From: a virus
Lineage: Duplodnaviria > Caudoviricetes
DNA: 64,000 nucleotides
Virus record (IMG/VR): IMGVR_UViG_3300046526_000553
Location: 1-64,000 of that record
Direction: 5' to 3' (one strand)
The notes below the pieces were generated by a model, which was not told the origin of the DNA, searched no databases, and was given only the letters and a program-made list of their open reading frames with translations. Shown piece after piece: positions 35,762 to 45,800 of this stretch; within the stretch, counting starts at the first letter, position 1; the number at the start of each line of letters is the position of its first letter. Made by a program: the position numbers and the translations under genes.

Positions 35762-38080
35762 TTATTTAGCTGAAGGTGCCAGTGCGTCATTAACGGCGCG
35801 AACAATTTCTTCAGCCTCTTCATCAGACAGATTGTCTGGGTCAACCATGGTGTCATCGGTCAGTTTAGGTTTCGATTCAGTAGTTTTTTCGTCTACAGCC
35901 TTATCAACAGTTGCCTTGCCATCTTCTGGTTTATCCTCTTCAGGATTTCCTTCGGGCGACTCTTGAGTGGTTGCATCCTTAGTTACTGTATCTTTATCAT
36001 CGCTGACCTTTTCAACTTTTTCGTCTACTGATGCTTTGCTCTGGTCTGCACCGTCAGTCGGATTTTCCTCTGACTTAACCTCGCCTTTAGCTTTCGTATC
36101 AGTAGCCTGTTCGGTTGGTTCAGGCGTATCTAATGAACTTGTTGATTCGTTGTCTGGAGATTTCTGCACGTCCAGTTGCTTACTGTCATTTTCAGAAGCG
36201 GGTTTCTTCGGTTTGCTTATACCATCATCACCAGGACCATCAGCTTTCGTAACGACATCTGAAATGGATTTAATATGTGAGTCCAGCCCTTTGGATTGCT
36301 TTGCAAGCATGTCTGCGTGAGCCTTCATGGTTTGCGCATGACCGCCCAAAGCGTCGGTGTGCATATCCAGTAGAGATTTCGTATCACTCAAATAATCTTG
36401 CACTGCTTTGAGGTGTGCCATTTGCGTTGGTGTCAATGCACCACCGCTATTACCCTCTGCTAAGTCTTTTTTCCCCATAAGTACATTGTCCTTTCGAAGC
36501 GCTTTACCTGTCAACACTTTTACCATAAACTGGGCAAATCGTAATTTTGCTTGAGGAGTATTCAAACTGCGAAGATTGGTCTGGACATATTCTCCATCCT
36601 GATTGTCTCCGTTTCCCTCATCATCGTCTTCATCATTGTATGTTCCGGCAGCCACTTTTTGTAGTAATGAAATAGTTTCAGATAATAATGAACCAAAATC
36701 ATCTGGTGATGTATCTTCGTCAAAATAGACATCACAGAATGCCCAGACAATTTCGAAGAAATCATTCATCTTACCCTGCTTCTCATCTTGGGCTGCATCT
36801 TCAGCTAATTCTTCTGCCACGCTACCTTTGGTATTGGATTCGTCTTTGACCTTAGATTCTGTCTTCACTTCGCTCTCCATTTCTTCAATGGCTTTTAGCT
36901 CAATTTCTAAATCTTCAACAGATTTCAACGGAGGAGCTGTTTCACCAAATTTCTTATAATATTTCTTCACCTGCGTATATACAGCTTGGCGGTCAGTACC
37001 TTGGACACCACCACGAGCCCCATTCAAAACACCCATAATAGCTTTGACAGCATTCCAGACAGCCACTAGCTTGTCATCACTGACAGTTGCAAACGGTAAT
37101 TTATAATCCCCCTGCTTGTCACCAGCACCATCGGCAACCCACATGAAAGCTTTCTTATACTTGCCAAAATCTATCTCACCATCTGCATTACTTGCCCATT
37201 TTTTTACTGCCGAAACAGCTGCGCCCTTATCCCAGGCAGTACCTTTATCTGCTAACGGCAGGCTAGATGAAATAGCGCCTTTGATTTCTTTATCGGTAGT
37301 GTCTTCTTTCTTATTCATAGCTTTCTCTACCGCTCCTTCAATCAGGTCATTTAACATATCTAATGATTGCTGAGTTGATGTAACTTTTTCAGGAGCTTTT
37401 GAAGCCACCTCAGCTACGACATCTTCGCCTCCTTCTACTGATTTATTCATATCCATGATTTCTTCTAGATTAGCAATCGTTTTCTGGAGCTTATGTTTTA
37501 ATTGTTTAGCATGACGGATATCCATATCGCCCATCTTATATGCCAACATCAAAGCTTGCGGATTAGCCGGTACGACAACAGCAGAAATCTCTAGTAATTC
37601 ACATTCTTTGAATGTATTGTTATCTATTTCAGCAGGCAAAAACCCCACTGAGAATGCAAACATGTATTGATTGCGGTAAAAATTCCAGATTAAATCTGCA
37701 AATTCGTACATACCTTGAGGGGGTGCTTGGTAAGTAAACTTCAGCACCCCATCTATTACACCTATCTCTACAGCTCTACCGACTGGTGGTTGGTAATAAT
37801 CATGTGCCCATGGGATAACCGGATTATTCTTGAAATTATTTAAATCCCATGTAGCCTGGTCAACTACCTCGCCCGCCCTATCTACAATCGCTGTTGAAGC
37901 AATTGCTGTGAAAGTACGGTTCTTATCATCAAAACTACCAAGATTGAAATTGATAGTCTGCATGATTTTACCGTGTGTATTCGGCACAGCTACCGGAGAA
38001 TCAACAGTTTTTTCCCACCAATTGCCAGCATCTTGCTGACGTGGCTTCACTACTGTTGATTCTAATACGGCTTTCGACAT
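35762..38080 (-). CDS. HK97-type prohead protease with long C-terminal extension
   Basis: AST...DR.GE, NPVI.W.H...PVG, FSVGF, LLEISAV.VPANP.A; then a DYKLPFA..GARGG domain and an acidic tail. Confidence 0.92.
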   Translation of the reverse strand: MSKAVLESTVVKPRQQDAGNWWEKTVDSPVAVPNTHGKIMQTINFNLGSFDDKNRTFTAIASTAIVDRAGEVVDQATWDLNNFKNNPVIPWAHDYYQPPVGRAVEIGVIDGVLKFTYQAPPQGMYEFADLIWNFYRNQYMFAFSVGFLPAEIDNNTFKECELLEISAVVVPANPQALMLAYKMGDMDIRHAKQLKHKLQKTIANLEEIMDMNKSVEGGEDVVAEVASKAPEKVTSTQQSLDMLNDLIEGAVEKAMNKKEDTTDKEIKGAISSSLPLADKGTAWDKGAAVSAVKKWASNADGEIDFGKYKKAFMWVADGAGDKQGDYKLPFATVSDDKLVAVWNAVKAIMGVLNGARGGVQGTDRQAVYTQVKKYYKKFGETAPPLKSVEDLEIELKAIEEMESEVKTESKVKDESNTKGSVAEELAEDAAQDEKQGKMNDFFEIVWAFCDVYFDEDTSPDDFGSLLSETISLLQKVAAGTYNDEDDDEGNGDNQDGEYVQTNLRSLNTPQAKLRFAQFMVKVLTGKALRKDNVLMGKKDLAEGNSGGALTPTQMAHLKAVQDYLSDTKSLLDMHTDALGGHAQTMKAHADMLAKQSKGLDSHIKSISDVVTKADGPGDDGISKPKKPASENDSKQLDVQKSPDNESTSSLDTPEPTEQATDTKAKGEVKSEENPTDGADQSKASVDEKVEKVSDDKDTVTKDATTQESPEGNPEEDKPEDGKATVDKAVDEKTTESKPKLTDDTMVDPDNLSDEEAEEIVRAVNDALAPSAK

Positions 38081-38107
38081 AGAAATAATACTCTTCCCAA
38101 ATCCCGA

Positions 38108-38488
38108 TTAGCTTACGACACTAACAAGGTTCCAACGAGTACCATCACTAACAAATGAAGCTTGGCTCCATCGACTAGCAAGTGAATATCCTACACCTAT
38201 ATTCAAAGTACCTGATACAGTAACAGTACCGTTACCCGTGTCAACTTTTTCAACCCGTACCATTTGACCAACATTCCCAGTTTGACCAGCTGTACTTTGG
38301 TCAGGACGCATAGTTGAAGCGTTAAAGCTTCCTGCCGCTACCGGCGCTGGAAGTGTTACGACAATAACACTCGTACCTGTAGTTACTTGTACCAACTGGT
38401 CTTGTGGTGTCACAGTATAATTCGCAGAAATTGCTGTCACATTTAAATACTCTTCGCCATTCACAGCGCTTGACGCAATATTAGCCAT
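38108..38488 (-). CDS. Putative capsid decoration protein
   Basis: RBS AGGAG, start MANIASS; VTLP.P...SDGT.W; first gene of the protease-capsid unit. Confidence 0.6.
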   Translation of the reverse strand: MANIASSAVNGEEYLNVTAISANYTVTPQDQLVQVTTGTSVIVVTLPAPVAAGSFNASTMRPDQSTAGQTGNVGQMVRVEKVDTGNGTVTVSGTLNIGVGYSLASRWSQASFVSDGTRWNLVSVVS

Positions 38489-38525
38489 AATATATCTCCT
38501 AAAAATTACTTGTTGTTCTATTTTA

Positions 38526-38555
38526 AGATTATCCGATGTAAATAACATCTGACAA
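38526..38555 (-). promoter_or_regulatory. 18-bp-spacer promoter TTGTCA-N18-TAATCT
   Basis: Drives the decoration-protease-capsid unit. Confidence 0.7.
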
Positions 38556-38651
38556 TAGAGATTGCAAAAAACAAGTAAAATATGTATACTATGCTTCAGA
38601 GGTATCAAAAAAGATACCCCTTGAGTGACTAAGCTACAAAGGAGTATCTAT

Positions 38652-39140
38652 ATGGATAGTGTAACACAAATATGTTCTATGGATGGGTGTGAAAATCTCA
38701 GTGGAAGCTCTGATATTAAAAAATATGAATTACACGGTAGCAGAAATAGTTCTGAATATAAAATCTGGTGTAATATAAAACAGCGTTGTTATAATTCAAA
38801 CAGTACAAGATATAAAGATTACGGCGGTAGAAGTATTGTTATGTCTGATGCGTGGCATGATTCATTCATTGCATTCTATAAAGATATGGGCAAAAGACCA
38901 TCTAATAAACATTCAATTGAAAGAAAAGATAATGATAAGGGCTATACGCCGGAAAATTGTATTTGGGCTACGGATAAAGAACAAAGTACAAATAAGCGCA
39001 CTAATGTATGGATTACTTATGCTGATTTGACCATGACAATATCTCAATGGGCGCAATATAGAGGCATAAACCATAGTACTTTAAGAATGCGCCTTCATCG
39101 TAATAAATGGTCGATTGGTAAAATCCTTGGCTATTATTAA
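38652..39140 (+). CDS. HNH-like homing endonuclease
   Basis: EY.IW..IKQRC.N, YGGR.I, SIER.DND.GY.PENC.WAT; promoter TTGCAA-N17-TATACT. Confidence 0.85.
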   Translation: MDSVTQICSMDGCENLSGSSDIKKYELHGSRNSSEYKIWCNIKQRCYNSNSTRYKDYGGRSIVMSDAWHDSFIAFYKDMGKRPSNKHSIERKDNDKGYTPENCIWATDKEQSTNKRTNVWITYADLTMTISQWAQYRGINHSTLRMRLHRNKWSIGKILGYY

Positions 39141-39230
39141 CTAAATATCCCATGCCACATATAATATTTTCGTAGGGTAAATAACCATAATTATAGTGTC
39201 ATCTATCGAAGAAGATGAATATTGATTCAT
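39141..39230 (-). CDS. Possible 29-aa peptide
   Basis: GGGAG-6nt-ATG; MNQYSSSSIDDTIIMVIYPTKILYVAWDI. Confidence 0.35.
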   Translation of the reverse strand: MNQYSSSSIDDTIIMVIYPTKILYVAWDI

Positions 39231-39244
39231 GGCGTACTCCCATC

Positions 39245-39796
39245 TCAGCTAACCCTTTGAGTCATGGCTGGGTATACAATAACCTCACCGTACCTAATCG
39301 ATACCAACTTATTATTAGTATCAACCAGCCGTAAATCATAGAAAAATGAACCCGGCTCTATATTGCTATATGAATTCGGTATACTAACGACAGTTAAACC
39401 TTGGAGTGGCTGTATATGGCTAGTAATGGGTGGCAATGCTATCAAAGCTTCTGTATCAGGCACTACTTCCAAATCTTCTTTCACCGTAAAATACAAAGTA
39501 TACCCAGTAATATTAACGACAGCAAAATATTGTATTGGTCTCGTATCGGTTGTTGTCGCCGGAGTAGCTAGTATTAAATGGTTATAATCTGTAACTGAAA
39601 CAATCGTGTTCATAATCCCAGTTGGGAATGTTATATTGCATCCAGCCATCGATACATCCCAGAAGGTATTACTACCCACCAAAATTGTGCTACCATTAGT
39701 TCTAGTGGCATAACCGGATTGAGTAATTGTAACTGTATAAACTAAATCATCTCCCTGTACGAACGATATCGTTGGTGCTAGTGGTAATGTCGCCAT
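39245..39796 (-). CDS. BppU-N-like Ig-fold adaptor protein
   Basis: QGDD..Y.V.I...NITGYT..FTVK...G.FFYDL...G.V.V.P..T. Confidence 0.65.
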   Translation of the reverse strand: MATLPLAPTISFVQGDDLVYTVTITQSGYATRTNGSTILVGSNTFWDVSMAGCNITFPTGIMNTIVSVTDYNHLILATPATTTDTRPIQYFAVVNITGYTLYFTVKEDLEVVPDTEALIALPPITSHIQPLQGLTVVSIPNSYSNIEPGSFFYDLRLVDTNNKLVSIRYGEVIVYPAMTQRVS

Positions 39797-39816
39797 TTGC
39801 TTCCTTTTCTCTTATA

Positions 39817-39846
39817 AGTGTATATAATCTGTTAAGCCTCGGGCAA
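39817..39846 (-). promoter_or_regulatory. 18-bp-spacer promoter TTGCCC-N18-TACACT
   Basis: Direct reading. Confidence 0.55.
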
Positions 39847-39849
39847 TTT

Positions 39850-42800
39850 TTACTTTGGACGCCTTTTGATAAAGATGACGATATTATCAATGGATGCCCG
39901 AATCATGGATATATTGATATGGCGTGGCGGAAATCTGAACCGTATCAATGATTTGAAGAAATTGGTGCTGAAAGTCAGTTGAGCACCAAAATTTCCAAAC
40001 TTTGGATGACCGCCTGCTACTGCACCGGCAAAACTCAATACAGCACTAACTAACCTATGAGTGATAGCACGAGTTGTACGTCCTGAGAAACTTAAGCCAG
40101 CTTGGAAAGCGTTGGTCAAGCGTCTAATTAATGATGTGGTAAAGCTTAAGGTCGCTGCGAATAGTCTAATCGCACTTTTTCTGAATACCCCCGTGAAGGA
40201 TAATGTACTTGTTAATGATGCCAATAATTGACCACCACCGATAAATGTACCAGCAAAACTCAATGCAGCCGTCATGGCTGATTTTCGAATTGCCCGCAGG
40301 AACGAACCTGCAAATGTTAATGCAGCACTCAGCGGATATTGTATCGATTTTACAAATGTACCAGTAAACGATAATACTGCTGCCAACGGTTTTCCAATCT
40401 GATGTACAAAACTGGCTATTGTTAGGTTAAGTGTGGCTGCAAATGTTTTTTTAGCAGTCTTAGTAAACATACCTGCAAAACTTAACACTGCTACAGGCAG
40501 TGCCCGAACTGTTTTCTTTGCCGTTGTTCCAGCAAATGTCAGGCTACCCGTTAACGAAACGAACATAGAATGGAATGAAGATATAACAAGTGTTCCGACC
40601 GGTGATAGTGCAGCTGTAAATCTATGAACAATAGCTCTGACTTGTTTGCCAGTAAAGCTCAAAGTCCCTGTTAATGTTTGCAATAATTGTCCACCTCCCA
40701 AAAATACTCCCGTAAAGCTAAGCGTGGCAGTCAAGGCTTTGGGCATAGCAGTTTTTATAAAGATTCCGACGAAATTTAATGCAGCCGTGAAACCATGTAC
40801 CATACTACGTAATGATGCTGTTGTAAAGTTCAACGTAGCTGCGAATATCTTTATACTCGATTTGACGAATACTCCCGTAAAGCTAAGCGTGGCAGCAAAG
40901 ATTGCCCGAATGGTAGTTTTCAATAATATACCGACAAATGATAGTGTAGCCGTGAAATGGTGGGTTAGATTTCGAACAAACGAACCGGAGAAAGAAAGCA
41001 TGGACAACAAACCTCGAACTAGGAAACGGGTGATAGAGCCTGAGAAACTTAACGTAGCTGTCAAAAACGGACGCGCTCTTTTTGTGAAGGAGCCACTGAA
41101 ACTCAGTGTTCCCGTCAAAATATGTGTCGTTGGCACGGAAATAATTATTGCACCAACGAAACTTAATGCTCCTGTTAATGCACGAGCAATATTCCTAGAT
41201 AGCAACGCTCCGACAAAACTCAAGGTAGCAATAAATTTATGTGTGATAATTTTTATCAATGAACCCGACATATTGACGGTAGCTGTAAATTTCCGATTAG
41301 TCTGTTTAAGCAAATCATCGATTGTTCCAACCCCAAACTGGTTTCCACCACTACCGAACATACCACTACCGAAAGTATAATTTATGAAATTAAGTGTAGC
41401 AGTTAGCGCTGTTGTAATCGGTCTGATAAATATAATTGTAAAGTTAAGAACGGCTGTAAAAGCACGACTGAAATTTCTGCCAAAAACACCATGGAAGCTT
41501 AAGGCTGCAGTCAGGTTAGAAAAACTTGTACCTGGGTGTGTAGCCAAACCACTAAATGACAGTGATGATAACATGCCATGTATCCATTTCTTTGGTAAAC
41601 TTCCCGCAAACGATACAGCCCCAGTGAAAGCTCGGGTAATATTCCTTGTGATTGCTCCTGAGAATGAAAGCGCAGCCGTGAAGAATTTCTGATTTATCCG
41701 ACTGATTAAAGCTCCAACAAAAGAAACGGCAGCAGTAATCCTATGATTGGTTGACTTCTTAAATGAAACTGCGGAAGGTGCAGCCTGAAAAGCAGCGACC
41801 AACGAACCGGCTGAATTCGAACCTGTCCAGTTGGCTGTATCCGTAAAATTAGTCAATGTCGTTGTAGATAGATACTCACCGCAGAAAAAGTTCCTATTAA
41901 AGCCATTGATATTTGTACCGATTAAAGTGTTTGTAGCCCAGCTTGGAGCACTTAAACCGCCAGCACTCATAAGACTGAATACTAGGTCATTAGTATATGA
42001 GGTTGTGATAAGAGGTGTCGTATATATTGTGACGGAACTGGCAGTATTTTGGGCGGCTGCCGTTCCGTCTAATAGGATAGGGTTACCGTTTCCCGTATAT
42101 TCAAAGATATCTAAAACACTAATACCACCATTTGTATTAGTGCCGGTGATATTTGTTTCCGAACCAGTCGCTATCTTGTAATGGATGGAGATGTCCCCAT
42201 TCACGCCCGTAGCCGTTCCTTCGATTAACTTTGTCCAACCAGTGATAGAATTATTCAGTACATTAGAATTTGTAAGAAAGGCAGCAATCAAAAGGTTTCC
42301 GGGTGTTGTTGCGCCAGGATAGGCAACAGTAACTGAGGTTGAGCCTGCATTACCGGTAGCATCTTGAGAAGTTATTCTTGAGATACTACCAGGATGAGTT
42401 GTAGCCGTCACATTTAATACTCCTGAAAAACTATGAATAAACTTTTTAAATGTGCTACCAACAAAGGATAACGTAGCAGCTAGCGCATGAGTTAATGCTC
42501 GTATATTGGAGCCCACGAATGATAATATAGCAACAATCTTATGGTTGGTTGCTTTTATAAAGCCAGTTGTACCAGCTCCGGCCTTAAACGCCACTATAGC
42601 GGAAGATACGGTTTGACCGCCCCCTGTCCAGCTTGCAGTATCGTTATAATTCGTCTGAGTAGTACTAGCAATGAGTTGACCACAGATTGTTTCCATAAAA
42701 CTTGTACCAGTGTAACCAAAGACTGTCGCCCCACTACTCCAAGTTATTACGCCGGGCGAAGCTGTGCCCTTACCGATGAAATAGAATATTAAATCATTTG

Positions 42801-45800
42801 CATTTGTGGTTGTTATATTCGGAGTTATTTTTGTAGTAACCAGAGAACCATTGCTGGTGTTAACTGCTGCTGTGCCATCCGTTATCGAAGTAGTGACATT
42901 GCCAGTATATTCAAAGATACTAATGCCAATAGCATTTACAGCACCGCCCACACTTGCGTTTACTGTGGTTTCAGTACCATCAGCTATTTTGTAATACAAA
43001 GCTACCTGATTATTAGCGCCTATACTTGCGCCACCGGCTATAGCTAAGTTCCAGCCAGCCGTTGTGACGGTTGGGACCTGACCTGTATTGCCCAATGATG
43101 ATACTGCAGCAATCAACAAATTATTAGTTGTAGTTGCTCCAGGATAAGATACACTTGTTGAGCTAGCAGATGCACCGTTGCTTGCATCTTGACCAGTAAT
43201 TCTAGAAATTGATGCTGTTTTATCAACTATGAAGCTCAATATTCCAACCAATGCCTTCAAATATGCACGACCGGTAGAAATTGCCCCGGCAAATGACAGA
43301 CTCGCAGCCACCAAACCCTTAACTAGTCTTTTCACTAAACTACCAACGAAGGCTAAAGTACCGGTAATATTGTGACTAGTTTGTTTTATAAAACCATTAG
43401 CACCAGAGGCTGGCGTAGTAAATGTTGCAACAGCTACAACAGAAGTACCGGTCAAACTACTTATACCAAACGTGGCTGTTTGTGCACCAATAGAGCTGAC
43501 GATATTATCCTCCATGGCAACTTGCTGGCTACCCGTTTCACTATCACGTTTCGTGACGATATTGCCATATCCAGCTCCAGCACTGACAGTGACGGAAGAA
43601 GTTGCGGTTGCAAAACCAATCATACCGACTACTAACTCGGAGGCTTGAGATGTTGTGGCTGTAGCATTAGAAGTAGGTGAAGTTGTCGTGCCATTATCGT
43701 TTATCTGTTTTACGTCTAATGGAGCACTAGATAAACCTGCATATTCTCTTACGATGATGGCAGCTACTACACCAAAGCTAAAACTGACAGTTATCGTATT
43801 GGTCGTTCCGCCTGTTACATTAGGTGCATATGCAAAATCAACGACAATATTAGATGTGGCATGTTTATGGTCTTTATAAATAAAACTGTATGTATTACCG
43901 CCTTCAGTATCAGATGCAGAACTGACGGCCGCTGAACTTTGCAAGTAATATACGACAATAACATATAAACTACCAGATGTTGTATTAGATGCAAATGTAG
44001 CTGAAACAGAACTCGAACCTGCTCCATTATTGCCAGAAGCTGTCTGTAATAGAGTCGGGGAAGGTGTACCGGTCGATACACTTAAATTTAGGATACCTGT
44101 TAAGCTTTTTAGCCTGCGGTATATAGACGCAAGATTACCAACAAAGGATAACGTAGCAGAAGCCAGTTTCTTTGCTAATGATTTTATAAATGTGCTCGTG
44201 AAAGATAAGGTAGCTGCAGCCAATCCTTTTGTAAGTGTTCTGACGTTCAAGCCAACAAAAGATAATATTGCAGCCAATATATGAACTATAGCTCTGGAGA
44301 TTATAGAACCAACAAAAGATAATACACCTGAAAGTAATTTTCTATCAGCTTTAGCATTTGCACCTGCAAATGATAATGCGCCTGCGTTTGAACCCGTGAA
44401 ACCAGTCCCCAAAATCCAGTTGCCAGTATTGGATACTAGAGTAGAATTATGTCCAGCAAACCAGGTTTTGGTAGCATTTGGCAGTGAATCCTTAAGAGAC
44501 AAGTAGTCACAATTAATAAGACCAGTGCCAGTAAATGACAGAGTGGCTCCGGTTCCAGGAGTATTAGAATCGATAGTAACCGTATACCCTGATGTGCCAC
44601 TCGGAAAATTACCTGTAAAAATATAAGTTGCAGGTGCATTAAACCGAATAAAGGCTGCTGCAGTAGCATTTAATGTATGTATCGTACTCGTAGAGGCAGT
44701 TGTAAAGGACACAATTCCCGTACCGCCTGATACAGTGACATCGTATAATGGCTGGTTTGTCGCACGACCGATACTCTTTGCAGAAGATGAAGTGTCTGTA
44801 ATAGCTAGGATACTTGTACCGACATTAAGTGTCAGATTAGTTCCTGTAGTAGTAGACCAAACTACTCCCGTTCCTGTAAGCGTCCAGGTACCTGCCCCCA
44901 TATTTATGGTACGAGTTAACGAAGAATTGGACGTAAAAGTTGAAGCAGTAAAATTAAACCCATTAGCATCAAAAGTACCAATGTTGTTTGTATTTGATGT
45001 TGAACCCATAAGAGTTGAGAAATTACATGCAGCAGTTGTTGTCAAATTACTCGCTAATTTTAATGATGAACTCGACTTATCTATTAAGCCCACAGCACTG
45101 GTAATTGAAACACCATTCGTATTTATAGACTGGTCAACTGAATCATTAAGGAAAGCTAATGATGTTGTGCCCGAGGCTGTCATACCTGACTTTAAGATTA
45201 AATCACCAAAAAATACATTAAATCCATTAGTATTTGTGAAGGCAACTGTTGGATTATTAAGAACATTTGAAAAATCTAATGTGGGGACACCCTGCCAACC
45301 TATGGTCATTGTTTTACTGCTTGATGTAATAGAGCCTGAATCAATAATGATTGTATCTTGAGGCATAGGAGGATTATTACCAGTAGCACCACTTGAACTA
45401 ATTAAGCTCCAAGTTGATGTACTAGCATACGTCGTAGAGTTGTTAACCCAATAAAGTGTGCGTGGGCTCGATAATGTCATGCCTGAATTATTACCACCAT
45501 CACCCGTAAAGGTTGTGGCGTATGGTGTGCCAGAACCCGATATAGCTATATCTTTTAAAATAACATTCCCTATAGTTGGCGTATTTGATACAGTTAAAGT
45601 TCTTTGCGTGCCACTTGTTATACTGGCACAAATCGGAACATTAATAGATGGGGTTGCGACTGAGCTACTGCCTATGGTCAATAATCCAGTCACTATAAAA
45701 CTATCACCCATCATTAAGCGGGCTTGGTTACCACCTGAGAGCGTTAAGTTATTGAACGATGAACCTGTCCCTGATATCGTACTCGAACCATTACTATAAA

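Noticed and set aside
39850-44400. CRISPR array or diversity-generating retroelement in the repeats
   Set aside because: Repeats are degenerate, in frame and coding; no spacers, reverse transcriptase or adenine-specific TR/VR pair seen.
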